DNA from: Eledone cirrhosa
Lineage: Eukaryota
Assembly (NCBI GenBank): GCA_964016885.1
Contig: OZ024759.1
Coordinates: 2,046,001-2,110,000 of the forward strand
Reading direction: 5' to 3'
Length of the DNA: 64,000 nucleotides
How positions within the stretch are numbered: position 1 is the first letter of the stretch; the number at the start of each line of letters is the position of its first letter. A program made the translations under genes and the position numbers. Positions 62,301 to 64,000 of the stretch are shown piece by piece. Under the pieces are notes generated by a model, which saw nothing but the letters and a program-made list of their open reading frames with translations, searched no databases and had not been told where the DNA came from.

Positions 62301-64000
62301 GTCTTTATTAGTAACATGACACAGTCTATATTAGTAACATGACACAGTCTATATTAGTAACATGACAAAGTCTATATTAGTAGCATGACAAAGTCTATAT
62401 TAGTAACATGACAAAGTCTATATTAGTAACATGACAAAGTCTATATTAGTAACATGACAAAGTCTATATTAGTAACATGACAAAGTCTATATTAGTAACA
62501 TGACAAAGTCTATATTAGTAACATGACACAGTCTATATTAGTAACATGACAGTCTATATTAGTAACATGACAGTCTACATTAGTAACATGACACAGTCTA
62601 TATTAGTAACATGACAAAGTCGATATTAGTAACATGACAATGTCTATATTAGTAACATGACAAAGTCTATATTAGTAACATGACACAGTCTATATTACTA
62701 ACATGACACAGTCTATATTAGTAACATGACACAGTCTATATTAGTAACATGACAAAGTCTATATTAGTAACATGACAAAGTCTATATTAGTAACATGACA
62801 AAGTCTATATTAGTAACATGACACAGTCTATATTAGTAACATGACACAGTCTATATTAGTAGCATGACACAGTCCATATTAGTAACATGATAAGTCTATA
62901 TTAGTAACATGACAAAGTCTATATTAGTAACATGACAAAGTCTATATTAGTAAAATGACAAAGTCTATATTAGTAACATGCCAAAGTCTTTATTAGTAAC
63001 ATGACACAGTCTATATTAGTAACATGACACAGTCTATATTAGTAACATGACAAAGTCTATATTAGTAACATGACAAAGTCTATATTAGTAACATGACAAA
63101 GTCTATATTAGTAACATGACAAAGTCTATATTAGTAACATGACACAGTCTATATTAGTAACATGACACAGTCTAGATTAGTAACATGACACAGTCTATAT
63201 TAGTAACATGAGACAGTCTATATTAGTAGCATGACAAAGTCTATATTAGTAACATGACACAGTCTACATTAGTAACATGACAAAGTCTATATTAGTAACA
63301 TGACACAGTCTATATTAGTAACATGAGACAGTCTATATTAGTAACATGACAAAGTCTATATTAGTAACGTGACACAGTCTATATTAGTAACATGACAAAG
63401 TCTATATTAGTAACATGACAAAGTCTATATTAGTAACATGACAAAGTCTATATTAGTAACATGACAAAGTCTATATTAGTAGCATGACACAGTCTATATT
63501 AGCAACATGACAAAGTCTATATTAGTAACATGACGCAGTCTATATTAGTAACATGACACAGTCTATATTAGTAACATGACACAGTCTATATTATTAACAT
63601 GACAAAGTCTATATTAGTAACATGACACAGTCTATATTAGTAACATGACAAAGTCTATATTAGTTACATGACAAAGTCTATATTAGTAACATGACACAGT
63701 CTATATTAGTAACATGACGAAGTCTATATTAGTAACATGAGACAGTCTATATTAGTAGCATGACAAAGTATATATTAGTAACATGACACAGTCTACATTA
63801 GTAACATGACAAAGTCTATATTAGTAACATGACACAGTCTATATTAGTAACATGAGACAGTCTATATTAGTAACATGACAAAGTCTATATTAGTAACATG
63901 ACACAGTCTATATTTGTAACATGACAAAGTCTATATTAGTAACATGACAAAGTCTATATTAGTAACATGACAAAGTCTATATTAGTAACATGACAAAGTC
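56100..64000. repeat. Four more diverged, irregular ~2.0-2.4-kb iterations marked by the tctaGat variant
   Basis: tctaGat at 56447, 58839, 61179 and 63175 (spacings 2392, 2340, 1996). Each is followed by the gaGac / gtaGc / ctaC / gaGac cassette, with many singleton substitutions between. Confidence 0.75.

Larger units (their letters stand above)
1..64000. repeat. Tandem satellite / giant minisatellite array, 23-bp unit ATTAGTAACATGACA(A/C)AGTCTAT, about 2,790 copies, open at both window ends
   Basis: Unit read directly: 1-23 attagtaacatgacacagtctat, repeated at 24, 47, 70 and onward to the last base. Units differ from consensus by only 0-2 substitutions or a 1-2 bp indel. No reverse-orientation units or non-repeat inserts were seen. 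Copy number is 64000/23 adjusted for several dozen 21-bp units. Confidence 0.99.

Noticed and set aside
1-64000. CRISPR array (23 bp is at the low end of CRISPR repeat length; weak dyad)
   Set aside because: Units abut directly with no unique spacers, and there is no leader or cas gene in the window.
1-64000. Protein-coding repeat ORF on either strand
   Set aside because: The + unit has TAG, TAA and TGA, and its ATG overlaps the TGA and leads only to a tiny ORF. The - unit has TAG and TAA. The 23-nt period rotates frames, so all six are closed within about 69 nt.
1-64000. Telomerase-made long telomeric repeat (Candida albicans has a 23-bp unit)
   Set aside because: The sequence does not resemble the C. 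albicans unit and lacks a G-rich strand motif. The array is far longer than yeast telomeres, and kb-scale inherited variant patterns indicate recombinational amplification, not templated addition.
1-64000. Sequencing artefact, rolling-circle concatemer or synthetic construct
   Set aside because: Variants recur in fixed, nested, position-specific patterns rather than as random errors or one exact period. Individual duplications could still be mis-assembled.
1-64000. A/C pattern as a deliberate binary code or information store
   Set aside because: The pattern is adequately explained by nested block duplication of an old polymorphism. No reading machinery or constant framing is visible.
1-64000. 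Plasmid/phage iterons or recombination-site array
   Set aside because: Such arrays have a few to tens of copies next to rep or recombinase genes. Here there are thousands of copies and no genes.

Overview
The whole 64-kb window is one uninterrupted, head-to-tail, single-orientation tandem array of a 23-bp AT-rich unit, consensus ATTAGTAACATGACA(A/C)AGTCTAT (6-7 G+C per 23 nt; roughly 2,790 units). It runs off both ends of the window. I found no unique sequence, coding region, RNA gene, transposon, CRISPR spacer or inversion. The unit carries TAG, TAA and TGA on the + strand and TAG/TAA on the - strand, and because 23 is not a multiple of 3 every frame is closed within about three units. The information lies in the order of variant units. 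Position 16 is A or C in roughly similar proportions. About 20 recurrent single-base or 2-bp-deletion variants occur in fixed-order cassettes (for example 31- and 41-unit spacings). These cassettes are nested in multi-kb near-identical duplications and triplications, with offsets read by hand from rare markers: 483, 1631/1857, 2275, 2317, 2687, 2898/3078/5976, 3923/4173 and 4864 bp, plus a long-range match at 33,552 bp. This is most consistent with a eukaryote-type satellite or very large minisatellite with irregular, layered higher-order repeat structure. I do not recognise the repeat family, cannot assign the organism, and see no evidence of a gene-based system. Block boundaries are approximate (about 1-3 units).
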